DNA of 35,697 nucleotides from an uncultured bacterium (GTDB lineage Bacteria; Bacillota_I; Bacilli_A; RF39; UBA660): NCBI GenBank assembly GCA_949291575.1, contig CASEWH010000014.1, positions 1 to 35,697 of the forward strand, read 5' to 3'. Shown piece by piece: positions 9,790 to 16,537 of this stretch (position 1 is its first letter; each line of letters starts with the position of its first letter). The notes under the pieces were generated by a model. It saw only the letters and a program-made list of their open reading frames with translations, ran no database searches and was not told where the DNA came from. The position numbers and the translations under genes were made by a program.

Positions 9790-9818
9790 TTGAAAAGTTT
9801 TAAAGTAACTTGTATAAT
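9790..9818 (+). promoter_or_regulatory. SigA promoter for femABX paralogue 4, overlapping the divergent murJ promoter
   Basis: TTGAAA(9790-9795)-17-TATAAT(9813-9818). On the minus strand, TGgTATTAT at 9784-9776. Confidence 0.7.
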
Positions 9819-9840
9819 TAAAGAAGATAGAGGTGATTTT

Positions 9841-11091
9841 GTGGAACTTAGAGAATTAACAAGAAAAGAGTTTGATAGCTATGCTCTTAATCACCCCTTA
9901 AGTAGTTTTCAACAAACAAGTTCTTGGGGGAGATTTATGGAAGGAGATAAATTCCATGCTTATTATGTAGGGGGATTTATTAAAGAAAAAATAGTAGGAG
10001 CGAGTTTACTCCTTTCTTATGAGAGAAAAAAAGATAAGGCGAGATTATTCTATGCTCCTCGTGGATTTTTAATAGATTATAAGAATGAGGAACTATTAAA
10101 AGAGTTCACAGAAGAAGTTAAGAAGTTTATTATAGAAAAACATGGTGTCTTTTTAAAGATAGATCCTTATATTTTAGTAAGAGATAGAAATAGTGAAGGT
10201 AATATCATAGAAGGTGGAGTCTATAATGACTTTGTAGAGATTAATCTTACTAATTCCAACTTTACTAAAGTTAATGATAGGATTCAACCTAAATGGCTTA
10301 GTAGAATTAATTTAAAAGAGAAGACTATAGATGATATCTTTAATAACTTTAGTCCTAAAGCAAGACAGACTGTTCGAAGAAATGAAAGACTAGGATTTAA
10401 AGTAAGAGACTTTGATTTTAAGGATATAGATAAATTTATAGATATTATAAATAATGAAAGTAAAAAATATAATACTATCGTACCTACTAAAACTTTCTAT
10501 CTGGATTTAAAGCAATCTTTTGATGGTAATATTAAGTTTATAGAAGTTTATTTTAAGAAAGATGAAGTTATTAGCAATATTGATAAGATGATTATTGATG
10601 TTAATAAGGAAAAGGAAGTTAGAATAAATAATTACCATAACTCAAAGATGACTGCAGAATATTTTATTGATAAAGAACTTGAAGATGAAGAAGAGATTAA
10701 AAGACTAGATAATTTAAAAGATTATTTTTCTAAATGTAGGGATGATGTTAGTATGGGTATTTATATGTTTATAACTATAGGTAATGAAGTTGTGGCATTA
10801 AATGGAGGAATTGTAGATGAGTATAATAAGTTAGATGCTTCTTATACACTTCATTATGAGATGATTAAGTATGCAATAGATAATGGTTATAAGTATTATA
10901 ATTTATATGAAATTGGTGATATTACTAATCCTAATAATAAATTAAAAAATTCATATAACTATAAAAAGAACTTTGGAGGAGAAGTTATTGAACTAGTTGG
11001 AGAGTATGATTTAGTAATTAATCCTAAGTATACTGATATAGCGAGAAAATATTTCCCAGAATATTTTGGTGTTAAGACTATATTTAAGTAA
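9841..11091 (+). CDS. FemABX-family protein (paralogue 4, divergent)
   Basis: FQQT, YAPRGF, KIDPY, QPKW and YKKNFGG..ELVGEYD motifs. GTG9841 follows the SD GAGGTGA; the track start 9790 falls inside the promoter. Confidence 0.88.
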   Translation: MELRELTRKEFDSYALNHPLSSFQQTSSWGRFMEGDKFHAYYVGGFIKEKIVGASLLLSYERKKDKARLFYAPRGFLIDYKNEELLKEFTEEVKKFIIEKHGVFLKIDPYILVRDRNSEGNIIEGGVYNDFVEINLTNSNFTKVNDRIQPKWLSRINLKEKTIDDIFNNFSPKARQTVRRNERLGFKVRDFDFKDIDKFIDIINNESKKYNTIVPTKTFYLDLKQSFDGNIKFIEVYFKKDEVISNIDKMIIDVNKEKEVRINNYHNSKMTAEYFIDKELEDEEEIKRLDNLKDYFSKCRDDVSMGIYMFITIGNEVVALNGGIVDEYNKLDASYTLHYEMIKYAIDNGYKYYNLYEIGDITNPNNKLKNSYNYKKNFGGEVIELVGEYDLVINPKYTDIARKYFPEYFGVKTIFK

Positions 11092-11107
11092 ATTCATATC
11101 TGATACT

Positions 11108-11136
11108 TTGACATCAATATAAAAGTATGGTATTAT
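11108..11136 (+). promoter_or_regulatory. SigA promoter of sRNA copy 1
   Basis: TTGACA(11108-11113)-17-TATTAT(11131-11136) with the TG extension. Confidence 0.8.
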
Positions 11137-11142
11137 GTATTT

Positions 11143-11250
11143 AGCAAAGAGATTTGCATAAAATAAAAATGAATACATCTATTAGAATAGATGCTTTCAT
11201 AGAATGGTTTATAAGCATCTAATTCCCAAAGGAATTAGATGTCTTATTTA
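11143..11250 (+). ncRNA. Putative antitoxin sRNA, copy 1 (~105 nt)
   Basis: Promoter; 5' GCAAA-GAGA-TTTGC GNRA hairpin; terminal hairpin CATCTAATTCC-caaa-GGAATTAGATG plus U-rich tail; conserved in a second copy at 16118-16200. Confidence 0.7.
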
Positions 11251-11331
11251 TATGAGTAGATAAATAAGTGAGATGATTATGAATAACAAGATAAGGATAA
11301 TAACAAAGTAAGCTATTTCTCTTTTTGTCAT
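11248..11331 (-). CDS. 27-aa single-TM peptide MTKREIAYFVIILILLFIIISLIYLLI, putative type I toxin
   Basis: Manual translation. SD AGAAAGGAG (11349-11341) lies 9 nt from the ATG. Not in the ORF track. Confidence 0.72.
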   Translation of the reverse strand: MTKREIAYFVIILILLFIIISLIYLLI

Positions 11332-11343
11332 ACACTCTTTCTC

Positions 11344-11414
11344 CTTTCTATAAGATTATAAATGTTATAGAAAGCATCTAATTCCAAATAAATGTATTCA
11401 TATATAGTATAGCA
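11344..11414 (-). promoter_or_regulatory. Peptide-gene promoter and structured 5'UTR
   Basis: Extended -10 TGcTATACT (11414-11406). A 10-bp stem CTTTCTATAA/TTATAGAAAG (11344-11353/11365-11374) covers part of the SD. Confidence 0.6.
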
Positions 11415-11416
11415 TT

Positions 11417-11444
11417 AAACCCGTATCTTTCTAGTACGGGTTTT
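11417..11444. terminator. Hairpin downstream of pheT
   Basis: AAACCCGTA-N9-TACGGGTTT. Confidence 0.65.
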
Positions 11445-11552
11445 CGTAAATATATTATTTGCAACAACTAATAAAAAAGTATATTCTTACACACTTCAAG
11501 TCAGTGTTAATTACATTTTTTTACTAAGATTCTTCATTTATTTTCGTTTTAT

Positions 11553-13976
11553 TTATTCAGTTCTAAGTTCTGCACCACATTTCTTGTTTAAGACCTTTAA
11601 GACATTATTAATTTTCTCATTTATTTGTTCAGATGTCATTGTAGTAAATTCATTAATCATTTTTACTTTTAAGGTGATTGATTTTTTATCACTAGGGATT
11701 TGATTACCTTTATATTCATCAACAAATTCTATTTCCTTAACCATTGATTTTATACTCTCTTCAATTTTATTCCATTCAACTTCTTTATCAACTAAAATAG
11801 ATAAATCCTTTTCAACCAACGGTAACTCTGGTAATCTCTCATATTTATTTGTTCTAGAATTATAAGCATCCAATTTATCAGAATTAATTTCAAAGATAGC
11901 TACATTAGTTCTTTTGATTTTTGAATCAGACATAACTTGTACTGACAATAACCCTAAAGATCCTATTATTTCATCATCTTTAGTTACATTTAAATATGCA
12001 TTAATATCAGCATAATTAGGTTTCTCTATTTTTTCCAATTTAATATTTTCCATATGACAGTACCTAGCCATATTTTCAATTACACCTTTTGCTTCATAAA
12101 ATATTTCTTTAGCATTTTTTCCTACTATACATCCAGTTAAATAATTACTTTGAACTGGTAATATTTCATCATTTGAAGATGGTCTATAATCTCCTCTTTG
12201 ATATACTTCAGCTTTTTCAAATAATTTAAATTCATTATAGTATCTTAAGTTTTTAGCGATTGCCTCTAACATTCCTGGTATTAAAGAACTTCTTAAATAT
12301 GCTAAAGACGGAGCTGGTGGTGTTGCTAATTTTAAAGATTTACTTATATCTATTTTAGCAGCATGAATGTATTTTTCATCAATCCATGGATAAGTATATA
12401 TTTCATAGAAACCACATCTACTTGATAAATATTCTTCTATTCTTCTATTAAGTAAAACATCATTTTGAATTATAGGATGTTCTATAGTTATATTTATTGG
12501 TTTAGCTTCAAAACTATCAAAAGAAAGTATTCTAGCAATATCTCCCATTACATCATCTTTAATTGTTACATCACCAGTTGATCTCCAAGTGGGAACTATT
12601 ACATCATATACTCCATTATTATATGATACTTTATATCCAAGAGATATTAAAATCTGTTTAATTTTATCTTTTGATATTTTCTTACCTAATCTTGTGTCTA
12701 AAAATTCCTCGCTTACTTTTATTTCATTCTTTTTAGTTCTGTTAGGATAAACATCACTATATTTAATTATTTTGCTATCTGGAAATATTTCTTTAATTAA
12801 CTCTAAGGCTAAACTTAATCCCTCATCTATCCTTTGTGTATCAATACCTTTCTCATATCTAATAGATGCATCTGTTTTTTCAGCGAATCTTTTGCCTGTT
12901 TTTCTAATTGCACTTGCAGAAAAATTTGCAACTTCTAATACAATTCCTTTTGTATCGGGTAAAATAGAGTCTTTCTTTCCACCCCTAATACCTGCTAAAG
13001 CCATGGCGTCTTTTTCATCACAAATTACTAGGTCATCTGTTGTAAGTTTAATTGTATTGTTATCAAGTAATAATAATTCTTCATTTTCTTTAGCATTTCT
13101 TACTATTATTTTTTCTCCATTAACATGGGTTCTATCAAAGGCATGAAGTGGTTGACCTACTGCCATCATTACATAATTTGTAATATCAACAATAGCATTT
13201 ATTGGTCTTTGTCCAGTTTTAGATAATAGTGATTTCATCCAGATTGGTGATTCTTTTTCATAAATACCATCAATTTCCACTGCTACGTATCTATTACACT
13301 TAGTTGTATCTTCTATTTCAACATTATACTTTGGTAAATTTTTATCTAATTCATATTTAGATAAATTCTTTAGAGGAACGTTGTAAATAGTAGACAATTC
13401 TCTTGCAATGCCATAGTGTCCCCATAAGTCTGGTCTGTTAGAAAGAGACTTATTATCTATTTCTAACACCGTATCATTCATGCCTATTAAATTAGCGATA
13501 GCATCTCCTGGTTTACAGTCAATACCTTTTAAATCAATTATTTCATTTTCACTATTAGCAGGAAAGAAATCATCTAAGTAAACTTCTGATGCTGCACAAA
13601 TCATTCCATAAGAAGTCTCCCCTCTCATTTTTGTTTCTTCTACTTTTACAGGTTCTCCTTCCCCATGCCAGACTACTTCTGCACCTGGTTTTGATACAAC
13701 TACATATTCACCATCATAAAGGTTAGAGCCTCCACAAACAATTTGGACAGGTTTATCTTCTCCAATATCAGTTATACATATTTTTAATCTATCTGCGTTG
13801 GGATGTTTTTTTACTTCTAAAATTTTTCCTACTACAATATTATGATATTTTAAAGAGACATCTTCTACTTTGTCTACTTCAACTGTTCTAAGTGTCATAT
13901 CGTAAGCTATTTGTTTATCAGTTAAATTTTTAGGTAAATCAACATACTTTTTTATTAAATTTAATGATACTCTCAT
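11553..13976 (-). CDS. pheT: Phenylalanyl-tRNA synthetase beta subunit
   Basis: HPNADRL, IVCGGSN, NRPDLWGHYGIARE, VDITNYVM..GQPLHAFD and a C-terminal FDX-ACB-like domain. Confidence 0.96.
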   Translation of the reverse strand: MRVSLNLIKKYVDLPKNLTDKQIAYDMTLRTVEVDKVEDVSLKYHNIVVGKILEVKKHPNADRLKICITDIGEDKPVQIVCGGSNLYDGEYVVVSKPGAEVVWHGEGEPVKVEETKMRGETSYGMICAASEVYLDDFFPANSENEIIDLKGIDCKPGDAIANLIGMNDTVLEIDNKSLSNRPDLWGHYGIARELSTIYNVPLKNLSKYELDKNLPKYNVEIEDTTKCNRYVAVEIDGIYEKESPIWMKSLLSKTGQRPINAIVDITNYVMMAVGQPLHAFDRTHVNGEKIIVRNAKENEELLLLDNNTIKLTTDDLVICDEKDAMALAGIRGGKKDSILPDTKGIVLEVANFSASAIRKTGKRFAEKTDASIRYEKGIDTQRIDEGLSLALELIKEIFPDSKIIKYSDVYPNRTKKNEIKVSEEFLDTRLGKKISKDKIKQILISLGYKVSYNNGVYDVIVPTWRSTGDVTIKDDVMGDIARILSFDSFEAKPINITIEHPIIQNDVLLNRRIEEYLSSRCGFYEIYTYPWIDEKYIHAAKIDISKSLKLATPPAPSLAYLRSSLIPGMLEAIAKNLRYYNEFKLFEKAEVYQRGDYRPSSNDEILPVQSNYLTGCIVGKNAKEIFYEAKGVIENMARYCHMENIKLEKIEKPNYADINAYLNVTKDDEIIGSLGLLSVQVMSDSKIKRTNVAIFEINSDKLDAYNSRTNKYERLPELPLVEKDLSILVDKEVEWNKIEESIKSMVKEIEFVDEYKGNQIPSDKKSITLKVKMINEFTTMTSEQINEKINNVLKVLNKKCGAELRTE

Positions 13977-13987
13977 ATTATCTCCTC

Positions 13988-15025
13988 CTATTTAAATTGT
14001 TTTAGAAATCTTAAATCAGCACTGTGAAATAGTCTTACATCATCTACTCCATATCTCATCATTACTAATCTATCTAATCCTATATTAATATAGAATCCTG
14101 TCCATTCCTCTGGATTTAATCCTGCTGATTTTAATACGTTTGGATGAATTACACCTCCTGGCATAACTTCAATCCAACCATTATGGTTACATACTTTACA
14201 ACCTTTACCACCGCAAACTAAACATTCCATATCAATTTCATAACCTGGTTCTGTGAATGGGAAGAATCCTTCTCTCATTCTTGTATTAATTTTTCTACCA
14301 AAAACTTTTTCTAAAATAGTTTGAATAAGAACCATTCCTGATGAAAATGAAATATCTTTATCAACAATTAATGCTTCATACTGAAAGAAAGCTCTTTCAT
14401 GTCTTGCATCTGTTGTTTCATTTCTATATGCTCCTCCTGGATATACAAATCTTGCTGGTGCTCCGTGTTTTTGTAAATATCTAACAGAGCCGCCAGTTAA
14501 ATGTGGTCTTAAACATAATCTTTCGGCTCCTTCTTTGCCTTCAGTTCCTTCAAGCCAATATGTATCCATAGATTGACGAGCTGGATGGTCTTTAGCAAAG
14601 TTTAGGTTATCAAATGCATATTTTTCACTACTAATATCATCTTCACTATAAACTTCAAAACCTAGTGATAAGAAAGCATCATTTAAATCATTTCTCATCT
14701 GTGTTATAGGATGAAGTGCCCCTTCATTTACTTTTTTTCCTGGTAAAGTCAAATCAATAGGTTCTTCCAATACACTCAAAGAAGCGATAAGCTCTTCTTC
14801 TTTAAGATTCAATTTTTCTACAAAAGATGTTTTTATTTCAGTAGTTAGCATACCTATTGATTTTTTTTCATCTGATGACAAATCGCTCATTGATTTTAAA
14901 ACCTTTGATAATTCACTTTTCTTACCGGTTAAGTCTTTTCTAACTTGTTCAAGCTCAGTAATGTTCTTTACGTTTTTAATTTTTTCTAAACCTCTAGTTT
15001 TAATTTCTTCTAATCTTTCTTTCAT
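13988..15025 (-). CDS. pheS: Phenylalanyl-tRNA synthetase alpha subunit (atypical active site)
   Basis: G.LHP, FDNLN..DHPAR..DT, YRNE..D..H, FPFTEP, CxxCxxxGCxxC and GLDRL.M motifs; upstream of pheT. Confidence 0.93.
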   Translation of the reverse strand: MKERLEEIKTRGLEKIKNVKNITELEQVRKDLTGKKSELSKVLKSMSDLSSDEKKSIGMLTTEIKTSFVEKLNLKEEELIASLSVLEEPIDLTLPGKKVNEGALHPITQMRNDLNDAFLSLGFEVYSEDDISSEKYAFDNLNFAKDHPARQSMDTYWLEGTEGKEGAERLCLRPHLTGGSVRYLQKHGAPARFVYPGGAYRNETTDARHERAFFQYEALIVDKDISFSSGMVLIQTILEKVFGRKINTRMREGFFPFTEPGYEIDMECLVCGGKGCKVCNHNGWIEVMPGGVIHPNVLKSAGLNPEEWTGFYINIGLDRLVMMRYGVDDVRLFHSADLRFLKQFK

Positions 15026-15131
15026 AAAATTTATCCTCTCTTTCTGATATTAACTTATATTTAACGTAATTAATCTAAAATCACTATTAAAACCATTTTC
15101 CAAATTAACCACTTCCTTCCATATTTTTAAT

Positions 15132-15352
15132 AAATTAAAACGAGCAGTCCATCCATAAAGGACGAATTGCTCGTGGTACCACCTTTTTTTATAGTATTAC
15201 TACTACCTCATTATAGATTAACGCTCATACACGATTTGACTCCATCATTGAAATTCATTAAATTCCCTTATCTATTGTGGCTCTCAGTCGCTGACCACAT
15301 TTCCTTTTAGAGTTTGAAATTAACTACTTGGATGACTTCTTCATCAACAAAA
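15132..15352 (-). promoter_or_regulatory. T-box riboswitch, Phe (UUC specifier)
   Basis: T-box AAGGTGGTACCACG at ~15185-15172; terminator ACGAGCAATTCGTCC..GGATGGACTGCTCGT-TTT; stem I with GAAT-TTC-A specifier (15252-15250). Confidence 0.9.
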
Positions 15353-15361
15353 TTCTATTTG

Positions 15362-15390
15362 ATTATATTATTGTTTTATACTTTTGTCAA
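15362..15390 (-). promoter_or_regulatory. SigA promoter of pheST
   Basis: Perfect TTGACA(15390-15385)-17-TATAAT(15367-15362). Confidence 0.88.
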
Positions 15391-15414
15391 ATTTTCTAGG
15401 AAGTTTTTCTACAT

Positions 15415-16002
15415 TTATTTTAATTCTTTTTGAACATCTCTTTTTGACATATCAGAATATGGTTTAATGTCTTCTTCATCACGGTCATAACCATAAACAC
15501 CATACTTATCGGCCATGCCATATATTAATGTTTCATGAGAACAATGTATATCATTATTTTTAGACATAACATCTAAAATATCACACACTACTTGTTCTTT
15601 AGGTAATCCTAACATTTTATAATGTTCATTATCAAAGTCACTTAAATCCCAATAACTTTTATCTGTAATAAATTTACTTTGATATAGTTTTCTTTCATGG
15701 AAAAATAAAGTGGCAATAGTTGCAATATGCTTAGTGCCAGCATCTTCTTTATTAAAGCCTGCCCATTCTAAATCATCTAAAAGTCTTTGTCTAATACTTG
15801 GTTTTTGTACATGATATAAATAATTTTTAGCTTCACGATAATCATATCTTGAAGAAAGCTCTTCCTTAGGATATTTATCTTCCATATACTCTACCCAAGA
15901 TTTAACCTTATTATACTCTTCTGCTTTTTTATAAACTTCTTTGCAGGAAGCACCAACTACTTCTTTTCTAAGCTCTGCAAATATTTTTTTATCATACATC
16001 AT
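15415..16002 (-). CDS. Hypothetical protein (195 aa)
   Basis: ORF with AAGGGG SD and its own consensus promoter; no recognisable motif. Confidence 0.75.
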   Translation of the reverse strand: MMYDKKIFAELRKEVVGASCKEVYKKAEEYNKVKSWVEYMEDKYPKEELSSRYDYREAKNYLYHVQKPSIRQRLLDDLEWAGFNKEDAGTKHIATIATLFFHERKLYQSKFITDKSYWDLSDFDNEHYKMLGLPKEQVVCDILDVMSKNNDIHCSHETLIYGMADKYGVYGYDRDEEDIKPYSDMSKRDVQKELK

Positions 16003-16034
16003 AATATAATTCCCCCTTTAATTAATATGTGCAT

Positions 16035-16063
16035 ATTATAACACTAACCACATTTAATGTCAA
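16035..16063 (-). promoter_or_regulatory. SigA promoter of the 195-aa gene
   Basis: TTGACA(16063-16058)-17-TATAAT(16040-16035) with the TG extension. Confidence 0.85.
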
Positions 16064-16081
16064 TTTTTCTTATTTGATACT

Positions 16082-16111
16082 TTGACAATTACCTAGAAAA
16101 TATGATACTAT
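16082..16111 (+). promoter_or_regulatory. SigA promoter of sRNA copy 2
   Basis: TTGACA(16082-16087)-18-TACTAT(16106-16111) with the TG extension; homologous to the copy 1 promoter. Confidence 0.72.
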
Positions 16112-16117
16112 GTATTT

Positions 16118-16200
16118 AGCAAAGAGATTTGTAATAAGAATAGATGCTTTCAAAAGTGATTTGGTTTGCATCTAATTCAAGAATTAGATGTCTTATTTAT
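16118..16200 (+). ncRNA. Putative antitoxin sRNA, copy 2 (~82 nt)
   Basis: Same blocks as copy 1: AGCAAAGAGATTTG, AGAATAGATGCTTTCA and GCATCTAATTC..GAATTAGATGTCTTATTTAT. Confidence 0.68.
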
Positions 16201-16267
16201 TGTTAAATAGGGGAGATAATAATAGGAGGAAGAAAAATAACTTAGTATGTTATTTTTCTTTTGTCTT
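16198..16267 (-). pseudogene. Decayed copy of the 27-aa peptide gene
   Basis: ATA ACA TAC TAA GTT ATT TTT CTT..ATT ATT ATC TCC CCT ATT TAA aligns with ATA GCT TAC TTT GTT ATT ATC CTT..ATA ATC ATC TCA CTT ATT TAT. The ATG is lost and there are in-frame stops. Confidence 0.55.
16230..16260 (-). terminator. Hairpin after the cse60-like gene
   Basis: AAGAAAAATAAC-ttagtat-GTTATTTTTCTT perfect 12-bp inverted repeat. Confidence 0.6.
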
Positions 16268-16268
16268 T

Positions 16269-16439
16269 TTAATAGTAAATTATCATAGCAGAAAAACAAT
16301 ATATCTGCTCTTCTCCACTAGGAAAAGAACTAACGGCATACTTAATATCTACAACTTCTCCATCTAAATCGCCTAAAAACTCATTCATTGCTTTTTGTAA
16401 ATCACTCTCATCTTCATAGTCGAATATTTTTACTTTCAT
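16269..16439 (-). CDS. cse60: Sporulation protein Cse60 (DUF2758) family, 56 aa
   Basis: Manual translation MKVKIFDYEDESDLQKAMNEFLGDLDGEVVDIKYAVSSFPSGEEQIYCFSAMIIYY fits the Cse60 pattern (VK.FD..E.DL...NEFL...DIKY...QIYCFSA.I.Y). SD GAAAGG. Not in the ORF track. Confidence 0.82.
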   Translation of the reverse strand: MKVKIFDYEDESDLQKAMNEFLGDLDGEVVDIKYAVSSFPSGEEQIYCFSAMIIYY

Positions 16440-16472
16440 ATAGTCACAACCTTTCTACTATATTTTAAAACA

Positions 16473-16529
16473 CTTTTTCCACAAAAATTGTGGAAAAAGC
16501 AAAGAGAATTATAAGCACCACCTTTGCTT
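16473..16529 (-). terminator. leuS terminator region (two overlapping hairpins)
   Basis: AAGCAAAG..CTTTGCTT followed by Ts, and CTTTTTCCACA-N5-TGTGGAAAAAG. Confidence 0.55.
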
Positions 16530-16537
16530 GTTTAAAA

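Noticed and set aside
11170-11390. CATCTAATTC repeats as a mini CRISPR array or tracrRNA
   Set aside because: The repeats are short, in mixed orientation and irregularly spaced, and there are no cas genes in the window.
11101-11400. Duplicated element as a MITE or IS remnant
   Set aside because: No terminal inverted repeats with target-site duplication. Conservation tracks the promoter boxes and RNA stems instead.
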